In this document: positions 1-12,141 of the stretch, piece by piece
Position numbering within the stretch: the stretch's first letter is position 1
How the letters are laid out: each line of letters opens with the position of its first letter
Assembly: GCF_001194135.2 (NCBI RefSeq)
Contig: NC_068985.1
Coordinates: 42,956,293-43,020,292, forward strand
DNA length: 64,000 nucleotides
Direction of reading: 5' to 3'
From: Octopus bimaculoides
Lineage: Eukaryota
Notes under the pieces: generated by a model
What the model was told of the DNA's origin: nothing
Seen by the model: only the letters and a program-made list of their open reading frames with translations
Database searches by the model: none
Position numbers and translations under genes: made by a program

Positions 1-295
1 TGGTGAAAACTACACTTCGTTGGCGAAATGTGGAGTGATATCACATTCCTGGGGGGAAAAACCTGTAGAGCAAAAGTTTCTGTGGTGAAAAACGCAACCA
101 ATCTGTTCAGTATGGACTGGATGGAGTTGTTTGACTTATGGGACCTCCTCATAAGTCCGTTCTGTAAAAAAACAAATGGCTGTCCCACCAGTGAAATTGA
201 AGAAAAAATTTTAAAACTTGTTTTCTGAAGTGCTGTTGAATAAATTAGGTCTTTGTTCTAAATCTGGGGCCTGTTTTCAAATAAAGGAATACATG
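1..295 (+). mobile_element. Ty3/Gypsy (K02A2.6-like) pol remnant, protease C-terminus/RT linker, frameshifted
   Basis: WSDITFLGGKTCRAKVSVVKNATNLFSMDWMELFDLWD followed, in another frame, by VLLNKLGLCSKSGACFQIKE. This matches the protease-end (LFGxDW) and FxxxLGxC segments of this LTR family. Truncated by an N-gap. Confidence 0.65.
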
Positions 296-405
296 TACCT
301 GTATTNNNNNNNNNNNNNNNNNNNNNNNNNNNNNNNNNNNNNNNNNNNNNNNNNNNNNNNNNNNNNNNNNNNNNNNNNNNNNNNNNNNNNNNNNNNNNNN
401 NNNNN

Positions 406-437
<32 letters not shown>

Positions 438-438
<1 letters not shown>

Positions 439-985
439 CAGTAATCCCTCACTTTATGAGAGCCCATGTTTACGAGTTTTATTTTTCAAGTACAAGATCC
501 AAATTTTGAATGAAGTACAAAAGTTTCTACTATCATAACAAATGCTTCTGCATGTTACCAAGAAATTTATAGAGAGTTTAAAAAAATGCTGCTTCTAAGC
601 CAACAACTCCAGACTTGTTTTTTTTTAAAAGAAGTCTACAAGTCTGTCTATGAGTGCTTGTGAATTGGCAATTGTGACTACAAGTAACAGCATGTGTGAG
701 TCTAGTGCAAGTGAAAGTGATTCAGAAAATTATTATTATAATAATGTTTTTTATTATAAATGATCTTGACGTGCTTTTTACTTTACATAAAATATTCTTT
801 ACATTCTACTCTTGTTTTATTGCCATTTGTTTACAAGTATTATAAATTTTATTGGTAAAATATTTTTATGGGAACAAATTACGATTTATGATATTACTAC
901 TATGGGAAATTATTGCTCTGCTTTACAAATTTTCGCTTTATGTGTGTTCTCCGGGAACAAATTAACTCATATATTGAGGTATGTA
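438..985 (+). mobile_element. Tigger/pogo DNA transposon, internally deleted
   Basis: 5' end CAGTAATCCCTCACTTTATGAG and degenerate inverted 3' end CTCATATATTGAGGTATG. Internal translation FQVQDPNFE*STKVSTIITNASACYQEIYREFKK resembles the Tigger transposase C-terminus. Confidence 0.65.
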
Positions 986-1001
986 TATACATACATGCAC
1001 A

Positions 1002-1218
1002 CAAGGTGGTGCTGAAAAGTTCTTGGCTTTAAGGGTATGGCGAAAGGCCTAATTGGAAGCCCTACCTTCCAAGATCTATTACAGGGCTTAGAAAAATTGA
1101 TGGACTATTGCAATAAGTGTATGAATCTGAGAGTGAAATATGCTAAATAAAATTATAATTAACTGATCCTCCTGTATTTCCTTTTACCAAAAACCAGGAA
1201 CTTTTTAGCACCCACTCT
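1002..1218 (+). mobile_element. mariner-derived MITE
   Basis: Terminal inverted repeats GGTGCTGAAAAGTTCTTGGCTTT / AAAAACCAGGAACTTTTTAGCACC. Internal GLEKLMDYCNKCMNLRVKY resembles the mariner C-terminus. Confidence 0.75.
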
Positions 1219-1224
1219 TATATA

Positions 1225-2107
1225 CAAGGTAGGTGAAAAGTAAATAGGCATTAAAAACTGTTAATAAAATCCATATTCCTTTTACAAATCTATTGAAACA
1301 AATGATACATGTTCTTTATTACATGGGAAAATGAAAGTAAATCTTCACATTTCAACACAAGCACTGGTGGCATCAATCAAGTTCCTCAAACGGCCAGGGA
1401 TGGACTGAACAACCTTCTGAAGGACATCATCTGGGATATCATTGAGAACCTCCTGAATCTGTGTTTCCAAGTCCTCCAGTGTGTGAGGTTTGTCTTGTAT
1501 GCCTCCTCTTTTGTGTAACCCCACAGGTAAAAATCACATAGGGTGAGATTTGGACTTGTTGGAGTACTGGACTTCTGGGCTTCTGTGGTCACGGTCTTCA
1601 GGCTTCAGCTCCTGCATCTAATGGGGTTTCCACGGACGAAAATTCAATTCTTTATGCAACACTGGACATATTGTGTGTCTTGTTAGTCCACTTTCACAAG
1701 CTGCTTGATATGTTGATTTTTGTGGGCTGCAATTAAACATTTCCAGCACTGTTGCCACATCCTCCACTGATCAGGATGTGGTTGGATGGCCACTTCTTGC
1801 ATCGTTCACAGAGCCCGTGGTCATCAGCTTTGCATGACAACTTTTTATTATCTCCAGACGCAGTGCTGCATGCTTACCTTTCCATGTATGCCACCGTCTC
1901 TGAACCAAAACAATGGAATTCCTGCTATCTTAGCTCACTCCTGAACAGTCAAGCGACTGGCCAGCTGGAAAATAAGAAATAAGGCAATAAGAAAATAAGA
2001 AACACCCATTAGTGATGTCACTTTAAAAAATGTTTCCATCAGGACTTCAATGATACTAAAAATTCTATAAGCAATTTCTAATGCCTAGTTACTTTCCACC
2101 CACCCTG
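1225..2107 (-). mobile_element. Tc1/mariner-superfamily element (DUF4817-type HTH), internal deletion derivative
   Basis: About 36-bp TIRs (CAAGGTAGGTGAAAAGTAAATAGGCATTAAAAACTG vs reverse complement of the right end CAGGGTGGGTGGAAAGTAACTAGGCATTAGAAATTG), TA at the left end. Minus translation KLMTTGSVNDARSGHPT..FNCSPQKST..LHKELNFRPWKP fused directly to TSPNLTLCDFYLWGYTK; most of the DDD domain is missing. Confidence 0.85.
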
Positions 2108-2571
2108 CATATAAACAAATGTATGAATGTGTGTATGCTTACAGACAGATATTGAAACAAAAACATAACATATAATAAGGAATGTATGTATTAACAAACA
2201 CATACAATAACAAATGTATCAACAAACACTGACATACACACTCACACATTTACATATAGGTACAGACTCACACAAAGTTCTTGCTACCCTTAATTATGAA
2301 TTCAAAAATTCTTGACAGCAAAACCACAGTGGTCAAAGTCCTTCTGGCAATGACCATCCTGTTTTGTTTTTTCTGACCATAGTGTATCCTACACTATATT
2401 ATGTAATGTGTCTTGCCTCTTTATAAGATGATAGTGTGATCTGTTGAAAGTTTGACTACTATTTCTAGCAGCTCAAGCAACCATATAGAGTCCCTCTTTA
2501 ATTCATATGTGTGTGTGATACAGTTAAGTACAGGCTATTGTGTGTGTGTGTGATACAGTTAAGTACAGGCT

Positions 2572-2613
<42 letters not shown>

Positions 2614-2943
2614 CGTGGCTAAGTTCCAGCTACCATATTTGTGTGCATGCTTCTGTGTTATATGTAGTTAAGTACAGATTACCCTGTTAGTCTACCCTGA
2701 TAGGTTTGGTCATATTTTTACAGACTTCAACAATAACAATAACATCCATGTAGTGTAGAATACAGAATTTAACTAAATAACCTTGACACACTTCCCACAA
2801 TGCAACAGATTCTATCACACTCACTCACACATACACTTAATACATCGGTGTGTTGTGTGTGTGTATATATGTGTGTGTGTTTATATCTATTGTGTGCATA
2901 TATATATGTATATATTTATATCTATTGTGTTTATGTGTATGTG

Positions 2944-2974
<31 letters not shown>

Positions 2975-2992
2975 GAGAGGTATAGATATGTA

Positions 2993-3033
<41 letters not shown>

Positions 3034-3289
3034 CTATGCATACATTTGCGTATATGTCAATGGATATATGACAACTCAGTCTCAATCAAGTCTCCCAGAC
3101 AGTTACAACTACTACAAGAACTACAACTGCTTTAATATACATACCAATGAAACACACCTACAACACTACATTACATAGACACATCGAAATCTACTTACAG
3201 CAATCTTATACATCCAATAACATTTTACTGGAGCCCACGAAGGAGACTTCTTATACGGTCCTTCTGCCTGTTAGGAATACCAGCCTAAT

Positions 3290-3450
3290 CATCCCCAAAT
3301 CACATCCTGTTGTCTTAAAAAAGGGACACACTGAATATTGTATGGTAGTCCTAGACAAACACCCTGTCAGAAAGAAAGATGCGATGGTCATGGCTGGAAC
3401 ATCTTTAATTACAGGTCCAATGAATCAGGACTGACACGGGGCTAAATAAT
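3290..3450 (+). repeat. Interspersed repeat family D (ends GGGCTAAA plus (CAA)n-like tail); further copies near 2330-2500(-), 17545-17740, 17945-18080(-), 19970-20160, 20390-20580, 60725-60835, 61075-61215
   Basis: Recurrent motif AATAGCAGCCAAATCTCCCTCAAATCAC..GGATAATGTAGTCCTAGATA..GATGGTCATGGCTGGAA across these positions. Confidence 0.7.
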
Positions 3451-3736
3451 GTCACGAAGTTGGAAGGACCTAAAGGAGAGGAGATGAGGCTACAGACAGC
3501 TTCTCTTCCACAGATTAAAGAACTTAGATGTAATGGTCACATAACCATATATTATATATATATATATACAAACACACACACACATAACATACACAAACAC
3601 ATAATGAGAACTACACATAACTACAATTACATAGAAAAAACTACATGTATACATACACACAAAGAAGTATATTCACACAAATACATGCATGTGTGCATGT
3701 ACCCCCAGCACACAATGACATACTAAAACTGCCTTT

Positions 3737-3775
<39 letters not shown>

Positions 3776-4077
3776 CACATACATACACAAATGCATGCAC
3801 ATGCACATTTACTCAGACCTACACTATTTTAAATATTTATTTCAGGAGACCCATAAATATGGCAATATGTAACATTATATTATTTTAAATACTGTCTAAC
3901 TCATGGGACACTAGACATGAACACACAAACACACGCATACAGATTCAGTTGTGTTTCATAAACAGTTGAAAAAGTTGGCATCTGATGATGTTTTCTGATA
4001 GAACACACTTGTATAGCACTTGAAAATATAACAATGATGATGATGATGATAGGGGTTAGTTTATATTCTGGATATAA

Positions 4078-4475
4078 GGTGTGGCTGTATGGTAGGAAGT
4101 TTGCCTCCTAACCACATGGTTCTGGGTTGTCTCACTGCGTGGCACCCTAGGCAAGTGCCCTCGACTATGGCCTTAGGTCAACCAAATCATTGTGAGTGTA
4201 TTCGGTAGACAGAAACTGAAAGAAGCCTGTCATGTGTGTGTGTGTGTGTGTGTGTGTGTCTTTGGGTATATGTTTGTCACCCACTACTGCTTACTGGTGT
4301 TGGTATGTTCACAACCCTGCAACTTAGTGGTTCAGCAAAAGGAACTGATAGAATAAGTACCAGGCTTTACATTAAAAAAATAATGGGTACTAATCAATTT
4401 GTTCAACTGAAAAACTCTTCAAAGTGATGCCCCAGCATGGCTGGAGTCTAATGACTGAAAGAAGTAAAAGATATA
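4078..4475 (+). mobile_element. tRNA-derived CORE-like SINE, family A with tail 1 (further copies 10290-10420, 13805-14040, 15010-15355, 17030-17445(-), 30065-30505 interrupted, 40405-40765(-), 42328-42755, 44385-44650, 46000-46200(-))
   Basis: Head GGCTGTGTGGTAAGAAG..GGTTCAGTCCCACTG, CORE-like CCTTGGGCAAGTGTC, internal (TG)n, tail GATAGAATAAGTAC..CCAGCATGG..ATGACTGAAACAAGTAAAAGA. Confidence 0.85.
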
Positions 4476-5043
4476 AGATATGTGTAAGCAGGCTCTGGAA
4501 GAAAGTAAGGAAGAAAAACCCACAAGAACTTGTGATGTATTTTTTTCTTTTTGGCTGAATCCTGATGGAAAGGAGCAGCATCCAACAACCTGTATGGTCT
4601 CCAAGCCTGGGTAGAAACAGCAAGAGTGAGAAACCATAACTAATTGCAGCAGGAAACAGTACAACTCAAAATTTGAAGTTTTCCTGAAGGCACGGGCATT
4701 TTGATATGCATGTGAAACAAGGCATCATTGCTCATATCAATCCCAAAATCATGCACTCACTCACTTAGATTTCCTTTCTTGAAAATAATAGAATACAAAG
4801 AAAGTAACATTACTGCTCTTACAATGACAGAAAGCAAGCAGTAAAAAATTTGCTTTCCCCTCCCTATGTTTCTGTTGACAACTTTATGCTAAGGATTGAA
4901 GGAGTGTGAAATAAAAATAAATATGACTACAATGAATCTAGTGAAAATTATCAATAATCAATTATATATTACACAAAAAATATTTATCGTGGAAAAATAG
5001 TAAGGTATGCAGTGCATACATAAGACACTTTGTCCCTGGCTGC

Positions 5044-5090
<47 letters not shown>

Positions 5091-5354
5091 CGCCATGATT
5101 GATCGCTAGCCACTAAACCTTTTTGAAGAGAGCAGAAATTGAAAGAGAAGAGAAAGTGAAACCACAACATTTGCTTTGAAGTGAGAGCAGAAAGTGAAAG
5201 AGAGGAGAAAGTGAAAAATTTATGTACATATCAAATGGAAGTGTGTGTGTGAGAGTGAAAGAAGGTGAGTGAGTGAGTGAAGGTGTATGTTGTCAAGTAT
5301 GTGTAAGTGGCACTCACTCGGTCTCTCTCTGTGTCTCACACACACATCTTTCAT

Positions 5355-5726
5355 ATTGTTGGCACTCCATCACTTACGACGTCGAGGGTTCCATTCAATT
5401 TGGTCAATGGAACAGCCTGCTCGTGAAATTAACGTGCAAGTGGCTGAGCACTCCACAGACACGTGTACCCTTAATGTAGTTCTCGGGGATATTCAGCGTG
5501 ACACAGTGTGACAAGGCTGACCCTTTGAATTGCAGGCACAACAGAAACAGGAAGTAAGAGTGAGAGAAAGTTGTGGTAAAAGAGTACAGCAGGGTTCACC
5601 ACCAGAACTTCGTGGAGCTTTAGGTGTTTTTACTCAATAAACACTCACAACGCCCGGTCTGGGAATCGAAACCGCGATCCTATGACCGCGAGTCCGCTGC
5701 CCTAACCACTGGGCCATTGCGCCTCC
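5355..5726 (-). mobile_element. Young tRNA(Arg)-like SINE (OR-type)
   Basis: Minus strand starts GGAGGCGCAATGGCCCAGTGGTTAGGGCAGCGGACTCGCGGTCATAGGATCGCGGTTTCGATTCCC, with A box, TCG at the anticodon position and B box. CpG-rich. Decayed relatives near 24790-24930 and 25990-26100. Confidence 0.85.
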
Positions 5727-6401
5727 ACTACATCTTTCATATACGCATGCATAAACACATATGCATACATCTTTTTTTTTCTGTATATATGTGTNNNNNN
5801 NNNNNNNNNNNNNNNNNNNNNNNNNNNNNNNNNNNNNNNNNNNNNNNNNNNNNNNNNNNNNNNNNNNNNNNNNNNNNNNNNNNNNNNNNNNNNNNNNNNN
5901 NNNNNNNNNNNNNNNNNNNNNNNNNNNNNNNNNNNNNNNNNNNNNNNNNNNNNNNNNNNNNNNNNNNNNNNNNNNNNNNNNNNNNNNNNNNNNNNNNNNN
6001 NNNNNNNNNNNNNNNNNNNNNNNNNNNNNNNNNNNNNNNNNNNNNNNNNNNNNNNNNNNNNNNTATATATATATATATATATGGAAGCCATTCCTGTCAG
6101 TCGTTCTCTCTGTCTCTCACATTCCCTGTGTGTCTATCCTCCCCTTCCCTGATATCAGCCACCCTCATTATGCTACATTTTCCTGAACCTAACACTTTTG
6201 CACCCCTCTCATTTTATCATGTAATAGCCCAACTTCCATAGTCAATCCATTATCGATCTATTGAGGTCCTGTTAGCCTATAACTGAACTGGATGTTAGTG
6301 CAACATGTATACAAAGTTTTGTGAAGATTGGTTCCCTGGTTTGGATAGCAAGATGGTAACAGACAGACAGACAGACAGCCACAAATTGCCAGTTATATAT
6401 A

Positions 6402-6436
<35 letters not shown>

Positions 6437-6441
<5 letters not shown>

Positions 6442-6650
6442 TCATCGGATGATTGGACGATTTGACTGAGGACTGGTGAACTAGATGGCTACACCAGACT
6501 CCAATCTGATCTGGCAGAGTTTCTACAGCTGGATGCCCTTCCTAACGCCAACCAAGAGTGTAGTGGGTGCTTTTTACGTGCCACCAACAGGAGGGCCAGT
6601 CTGGTGGTACTGGCAACGGCCACGCTCAAATGGTGTTTCTTTATGTTTCA
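6437..6650 (-). mobile_element. 5'-truncated RTE LINE 3'UTR with (GAT)n tail (further copies 21320-21650(-), 23915-24135(+), 41420-41600(-), 43407-44055(+), 47310-47895(-))
   Basis: Same sequence as the UTR that follows the RTE ORF at 59140-59506: CACCCACTACACTCT..GGAAGGGCATCCAGCTGTAGAAAC..CCAACCCATGCTAGCATGGAAAGCGGACGTTAAACGATGATGAT. Confidence 0.9.
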
Positions 6651-6655
6651 CGCAC

Positions 6656-6702
<47 letters not shown>

Positions 6703-6703
6703 T

Positions 6704-6940
6704 ACAAGGGGTGCAAAAGTAGATATACAGTAAGTATCACATCAATGTTATAATGTTTAATTCATTAAAATTATTAGCGCATTAAATTAGTTAGTTTCAT
6801 TTTTTATATTTTCAGAGTAATTAATCATGATAATACATTCATTATAACTATAGTAATACTTTTATCATGATTTTTAATTATTTTGATAAAAATAAATGAG
6901 TACTGTACTTGTTATTCTTTTTTCATAAATATTTACCTAC
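6704..6940. mobile_element. AT-rich Tc1/mariner-type MITE whose right TIR is cut by the adjacent RTE fragment
   Basis: TA-CAAGGGGTGCAAAAGTAGAT at the left, partial inverted ACCTACTTT at the right. Confidence 0.45.
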
Positions 6941-7434
6941 TTTCTGAACTTTGCCCAGGCTATTCTTATTCTAGTGGTAACACTCTCTGAGTATCCATCT
7001 ACAGACTTGGTCACCTAGGTAGTGGAAGCTATCAACAACTTCTAGTTTCTCCCCCTGGCATGTGATGGTGTCTGTTTTCTAAGCATCTGTGGTGTTTATT
7101 ACCCCTGTGCATCTACTGCACGTGAAAGCTGTCTTCCCAGTTAATTTTCCTTTGATGTTGCTGCACCTCTGATGTGTCCATAGCTAACACTGGGTACATC
7201 TTATGAAGTTTCTACCTACACCTTTTCTACAGATCAAGCAGAGCCACCTACCTGAAGGGGTGTGTGATGTGTTCACCTTCCTACTTACTAAAACTTTGGT
7301 CTTTGCAACATTGACTCTAAGGCCCTTCGATTCTAAATCTTGCTTCCACACTTAAAGTTTCTTCTCTAGTTCTGGTAGTGATTATGCTATGAGGGCCAGG
7401 TCATCAGCATATAGGAGCTCCCAGGGGCAACCTG
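6940..7434 (-). mobile_element. RTE LINE reverse-transcriptase fragment including the YADD motif
   Basis: Minus translation GCPWELLYADDLALIA*..LESKGLRVNVAKTKVL..LGDQV..SESVTTRIRIAWAKFR. Confidence 0.92.
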
Positions 7435-7538
7435 CCCAACCCATGCCAGCATGGAAAGCGGACGTTAAACGATGATGATAATGATATTGAAAAACAGACA
7501 TATGATGATTATTTATATATATATATATATATATAGAT

Positions 7539-7641
<103 letters not shown>

Positions 7642-8329
7642 GGGCGAAAAGAGGAAAGTGAGGAAAGGAGAGGAGGAAGATAAAAAGAAATACTTCAAAA
7701 ACAAAAAGAAGTATGTGTACGTATGTAATTGTATGTGCAAATGTATGTGTGTAAGATGAGAGGTAGATATGGTGCGAATTATTATCAGTGTTAGAAATAT
7801 TCCAAATATATCAATACATCAAAGACTTTTTATCTTATTGCTGAATTTAATCAGGTTGACCTCCAACATTAGAATGGGAGAATGGTGGAATGGTAAAGAG
7901 AAGTTATTTACAGCAGTTCTGTATGCAGCATTCTTAGAAGCCAATAAAATGGTCCACACAACTGAGATACATTTCTGATTCCTGAAAATTCCACAAGATT
8001 TTTAGATTTTTTTTTTCCCACTTCTTAATTGTTTATTTTTATGAGACTAACTAAGCTTTTAGAACTGACCTGTTAAAATCATAGGCATTGTCTGTCCCTG
8101 CTCTTTCTAAGCATTTTAGAGGAACTTGACTTACTAGAAGTACTAGCTAAATTTCATTTATATAGAAGATTCATTAGATAACATAGACCTACAGACTCTA
8201 AAATACACAAGATGATCATAGTTGGAATGTCTCTGATCATGGATATCGTCTTTGGGGGCTGTCTGAGAGCTAAATAACAGCAACTTATTACAAAAATGAG
8301 GAGTATGAAAATGAGAAGTACAAAGAATA

Positions 8330-8600
8330 TGCACTTTTATAACAAAATAGAGAAATAGTGATATAATTGCCCTCAATGAAGCATATAGAGGATAGCCAGT
8401 GGGTAAAGAAGTGCCAAGCACTCCAAGTGAATGGAACTTGTATCTGAGTAAGAGGCAAGCAAAATATAGTAGGATGAAGTAGTGAAAACTGATCTCAAGA
8501 AGCAGAACATCACAAAAGGAAATAACAAGAGACCATAATTTGTGGTGAAGCACCATGCTGGAGAAGACCCACTTAACCCATGTAAGCATGAAAAAAAAAA
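8330..8600 (+). mobile_element. Old RTE-like LINE 3' end (similar decayed pieces at 23725-23880(-) and 53180-53270(+))
   Basis: DSQWVKKCQALQVNGTC..RGK..DEVVKTDLKKQNIT..TRDHNLW..MLEKT parallels the C-terminus of the 58588-59140 ORF. Confidence 0.7.
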
Positions 8601-8890
8601 GAAGAAAATAGAAAAACTGACAAAAATGATGGTAGTGATGGAGATTGGGAACTACATTTGGCTTTCTTGCAACCATTACTTCATATTACGTTGCCATAAA
8701 CTGCTCTCCTCTCTCTTTTCATTACTCTCTTATCTATCATAGCCCCCCACCACCACCACCTTTCCTACCAATTCCTCTCCCCCCTATCACTATTTCTTTA
8801 CCCATCATGCTATCATGTGTGTTGTGAGGAATGGTATCACATTAGAACTGTCTAGGTTTAATTCCCACCCCCCATATTTATTGCTATTCA

Positions 8891-8979
<89 letters not shown>

Positions 8980-10154
8980 TTCAGTACTTCCTCTTCCATC
9001 ATCATGTTTCACTTTCACTCCTCTCACACAGGACCCTTTATTGTTTCACTAAGATAGGTGTAAGGAGTGGGGGAATTATCCTCAAACTGGAGACCTGGCC
9101 CAATTGTTTTCCACAAAAAGAGTAAACTCCTCTAAAAGCATCCAAGAACCAGATGGTGACATTAAACTGGACAATAAATTGTCCACCATACATGTCTGGA
9201 CAAGATACTTTCATCAGTTTACCTAACTGAATCTAAAATGAGATTTGCCATTAACTTGTATAACAACAGAATGTTTAGAGACAAATTCCAAGTGTTTAAG
9301 CCCCACAAGTTCAGAGAATTATTATGTGTAGCAGAATTGGATTTCTCTAATAAAACCAAGTAGGAACCAAAGTAAGAAATAACAGGTCTCTTTGAGATTG
9401 TTTCAAAACTTCAAAGATTAAAAAAAAAAAAAAGAATGGTGCAAAGAACAAGAAGTGACTATGTCAGTTATTTCAATGAAGTTTAGTTGGATTAGAACTT
9501 ACTCAGATGATCTGAAGGAACATTAAGAATACAAATGTTAAGCTGCTATGTATAAAGACAGAAATGGTTCTGGTAATGGTAAGATCAATGTGAGAGACAG
9601 TACATCCTCTGGTAAACATGATTCCTGTTTAAACAAGCAACACACATATACCAGCAATACAAATAAACAAAACATTTTAAAATTTACACAACTAATATGT
9701 GTGTGTGTGTGTGTGTGCACGTGCATGTGTGTATGCTGACTCACATCAGCAGTACTATCATCTTTATTCATTTCCTTTTTTTTTTTTTTCTTTTTGAGGA
9801 AATACACTAGAAGAAACTGCAAAATGGTTTCTTTCTAAGTTTTTCAGTTGTTGGTCATTTCCTATGCTAATTTCAATTTACAACATTCCTAGATACACTT
9901 GGCCTACTTCAGACCTAAGAAACTTCTTCAATATCAAAATATTTCTTTATCTAATTCTCATTTCTCATCACATGACTCTTGCAGACAGAATCTTGTGCTT
10001 CTAAAAGCAAAGAAAAAAAAAAGACTACCACTTTCTCAACTGACCTAAATTCCATCTGTGAACTTTTCAAAATAAAACAGCTGTATGAAGAACCAAAACA
10101 AGAGCACTAGACATAACCAAACCTAATTATTTGTAAAATCAAAATGTTACTCAC

Positions 10155-10215
10155 GGTCTCAGTCTGCAACTAATCATGTTTTCAAAACTTCTACACAATA
10201 TCAAAAGTGTCTTAC
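10155..10215 (-). other. Candidate 61-nt exon / recursive-splice exon
   Basis: Minus strand tttttttttcttccttattttcag|GTAAGACAC...CAGACTGAGACC|gtgagt. One open frame, (x)KTLLILCRSFENMISCRLR(P). No recognisable homology. Confidence 0.35.
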
Positions 10216-11339
10216 CTGAAAATAAGGAAGAAAAAAAAATATTAATTGAGCTTCATTTATTTTTATCATTAAATTTAAGAAACCATATAGGTGCAGACAT
10301 GGCTGTGTGGTAAGAAACTTACTTCCTAACCACATGGTTCCAAGGTTCAGTACCACTACATGGCACCTTGGGCAAGTGTCTTCTTCTATAATCTGGCCAC
10401 AGTTTAGTGAGTGAAACAAGTAAAAGAATACACAATAATTATACAAGATTTCATTTTTCTTTTCCATAAGACTTTCAGATTGAAATGCAAATTAATAAAA
10501 CTAAGAAGTTTACATAAACCAAAATTCTGCTAGTTGAAGGATACCAAAAACTGTTTTAACCTTAAAATATAAATTAAAAATTCACACTTAAAAAAACTTT
10601 TAAAGCCTAATTTTTTCCATCAATTTTGAATTTATCATCTAAATTTCAGTCTTAGTTTCAATTTGAACTTGGATTTTCTCCACCACATAATTTAAAAAGA
10701 AAAAAATGGGTTTTATCATTTTAAGATTTCAAACTGAAAAAAATAATTAGAAAAATAAAAGTTAATTTCAATGTTTGGGTAGTACAGCGAAGTGACATTT
10801 TAAGGTATTATTTCATCTGAGTAGCTGAGATGAGTAATTTCTCTGAAACATTTCTTCAGATTAGACAGACAGACTCACTCTCACTCTATTTATCTATTAT
10901 TTCCAGACCATTTTACATATGCTGTATGTTAGGATCTGAAAATATATAAAAGACATTCTGCAATAGAATCAACTAGTGAAATATGCTTTTCTTGAGAATG
11001 AAGTGGCCAGAAAGATAATTTATGTTACAGTTTTTTAAACATTATAATCTGAAGACAAAAAATAATATATATTTCTATTTTATTTCTTTTTTTTTTTATG
11101 ATAGTAGATAATGAATAGTAGATTTACAAAACACAGTGCATTGGACAACATCTTTTTAGAATTTAGTTACAGCCCTGAGTTCCAGTTACAGTACTGAGTT
11201 CCAACTCCAGAGAGTCAACATTGCTATCCAAAACCAGTAATAAATTGGAACTTTACATAATCACTCTTTTTCCCCACTCTAAAATTTATGATCTTATACC
11301 TATGTTAGAAATTATTATTAGCATGAGATCACTCATTAG

Positions 11340-11645
11340 TATTCTCCAGTTCCTGGCCTATAGACATGCTATCTAGTCTTTGCCTTTTCTATTGCTACTA
11401 TGATGGCCTCGGCTTCTCAAAGCTTGTTGGTTTCACACCACATTCATTTAGGCACTTCTGACTCATTTCTTCTCTTGTTATCCATATCAAACACAACAGA
11501 CCCCTTAAGATCCAGCACAAAACACTATGCCTGTTCTTCTCAGACTGTCAGCCCTATGGAATTTCTTGTCTTGCATGTATCTTTTCCTGCAGTTACTGAC
11601 TTGCAGTAGTTCAAGAGGAACATTAAACATTAATGGCATCAACAC
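11340..11645 (+). mobile_element. CR1-like LINE ORF2 C-terminus, decayed
   Basis: LQFLAYRHA..SLCLFYCYYDGL..STKHYA..RLSALWNFL..FPAVTDLQ*FKRNI. Confidence 0.7.
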
Positions 11646-11699
11646 AACCAATCATGGAGAATTTGCACAGGCCATGGGCTCAGTTCCTTACTTTAGATC

Positions 11700-11950
11700 C
11701 AAGGTTCTCAAACTCCCCCCCCACCCCCACCCATGGTCACATAATACCCCCAGCGCCCCCCTACTTTTATGTATAAATAAATATTTTATAATTTACTAAT
11801 TTATATATACTATGAATCATTTGATATAATTTGTATACAATACTATAATAATAAATTCATAGCATCCCCCAGTCTATTGCCTTCCTCCCAATGCCTCCTT
11901 TTTCTCTAAGCATTTTGGAGCATTAAGTTCAACCCTGAGAAAACTATCAT
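11700..11950. mobile_element. Possible hAT-type MITE
   Basis: Ends CAAGGTTCTCAAACT / CCTGAGAAAACTAT resemble CAGTGGTTCTCAA-type TIRs; AT-rich interior. Confidence 0.35.
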
Positions 11951-11969
11951 ACCAGCTGTAGTAACTGTA

Positions 11970-12070
11970 TTAACCCAGCAGCATGACAAACTGAGTTAAC
12001 CCAGCTGTGACAGTCTAGGTTAACCCACTTGTTTGACAGAATTAACTTCTGCTTGATCAGGTTTGACAGA
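11970..12070. repeat. Degenerate ~23-26 bp minisatellite (TTAACCCAGC..TGACA)
   Basis: ttaacccagcagcatgacaaactgag / ttaacccagctgtgacagtctagg / ttaacccacttgtttgacagaa / ttaacttctg.. Confidence 0.6.
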
Positions 12071-12104
12071 GCTAAATTAGGACCTGAAGAATGTCTCACT
12101 TTCA

Positions 12105-12141
<37 letters not shown>

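Noticed and set aside
5650-5726. tRNA-Arg gene
   Set aside because: A and B boxes are present, but the acceptor stem does not close and the sequence continues into a SINE body.
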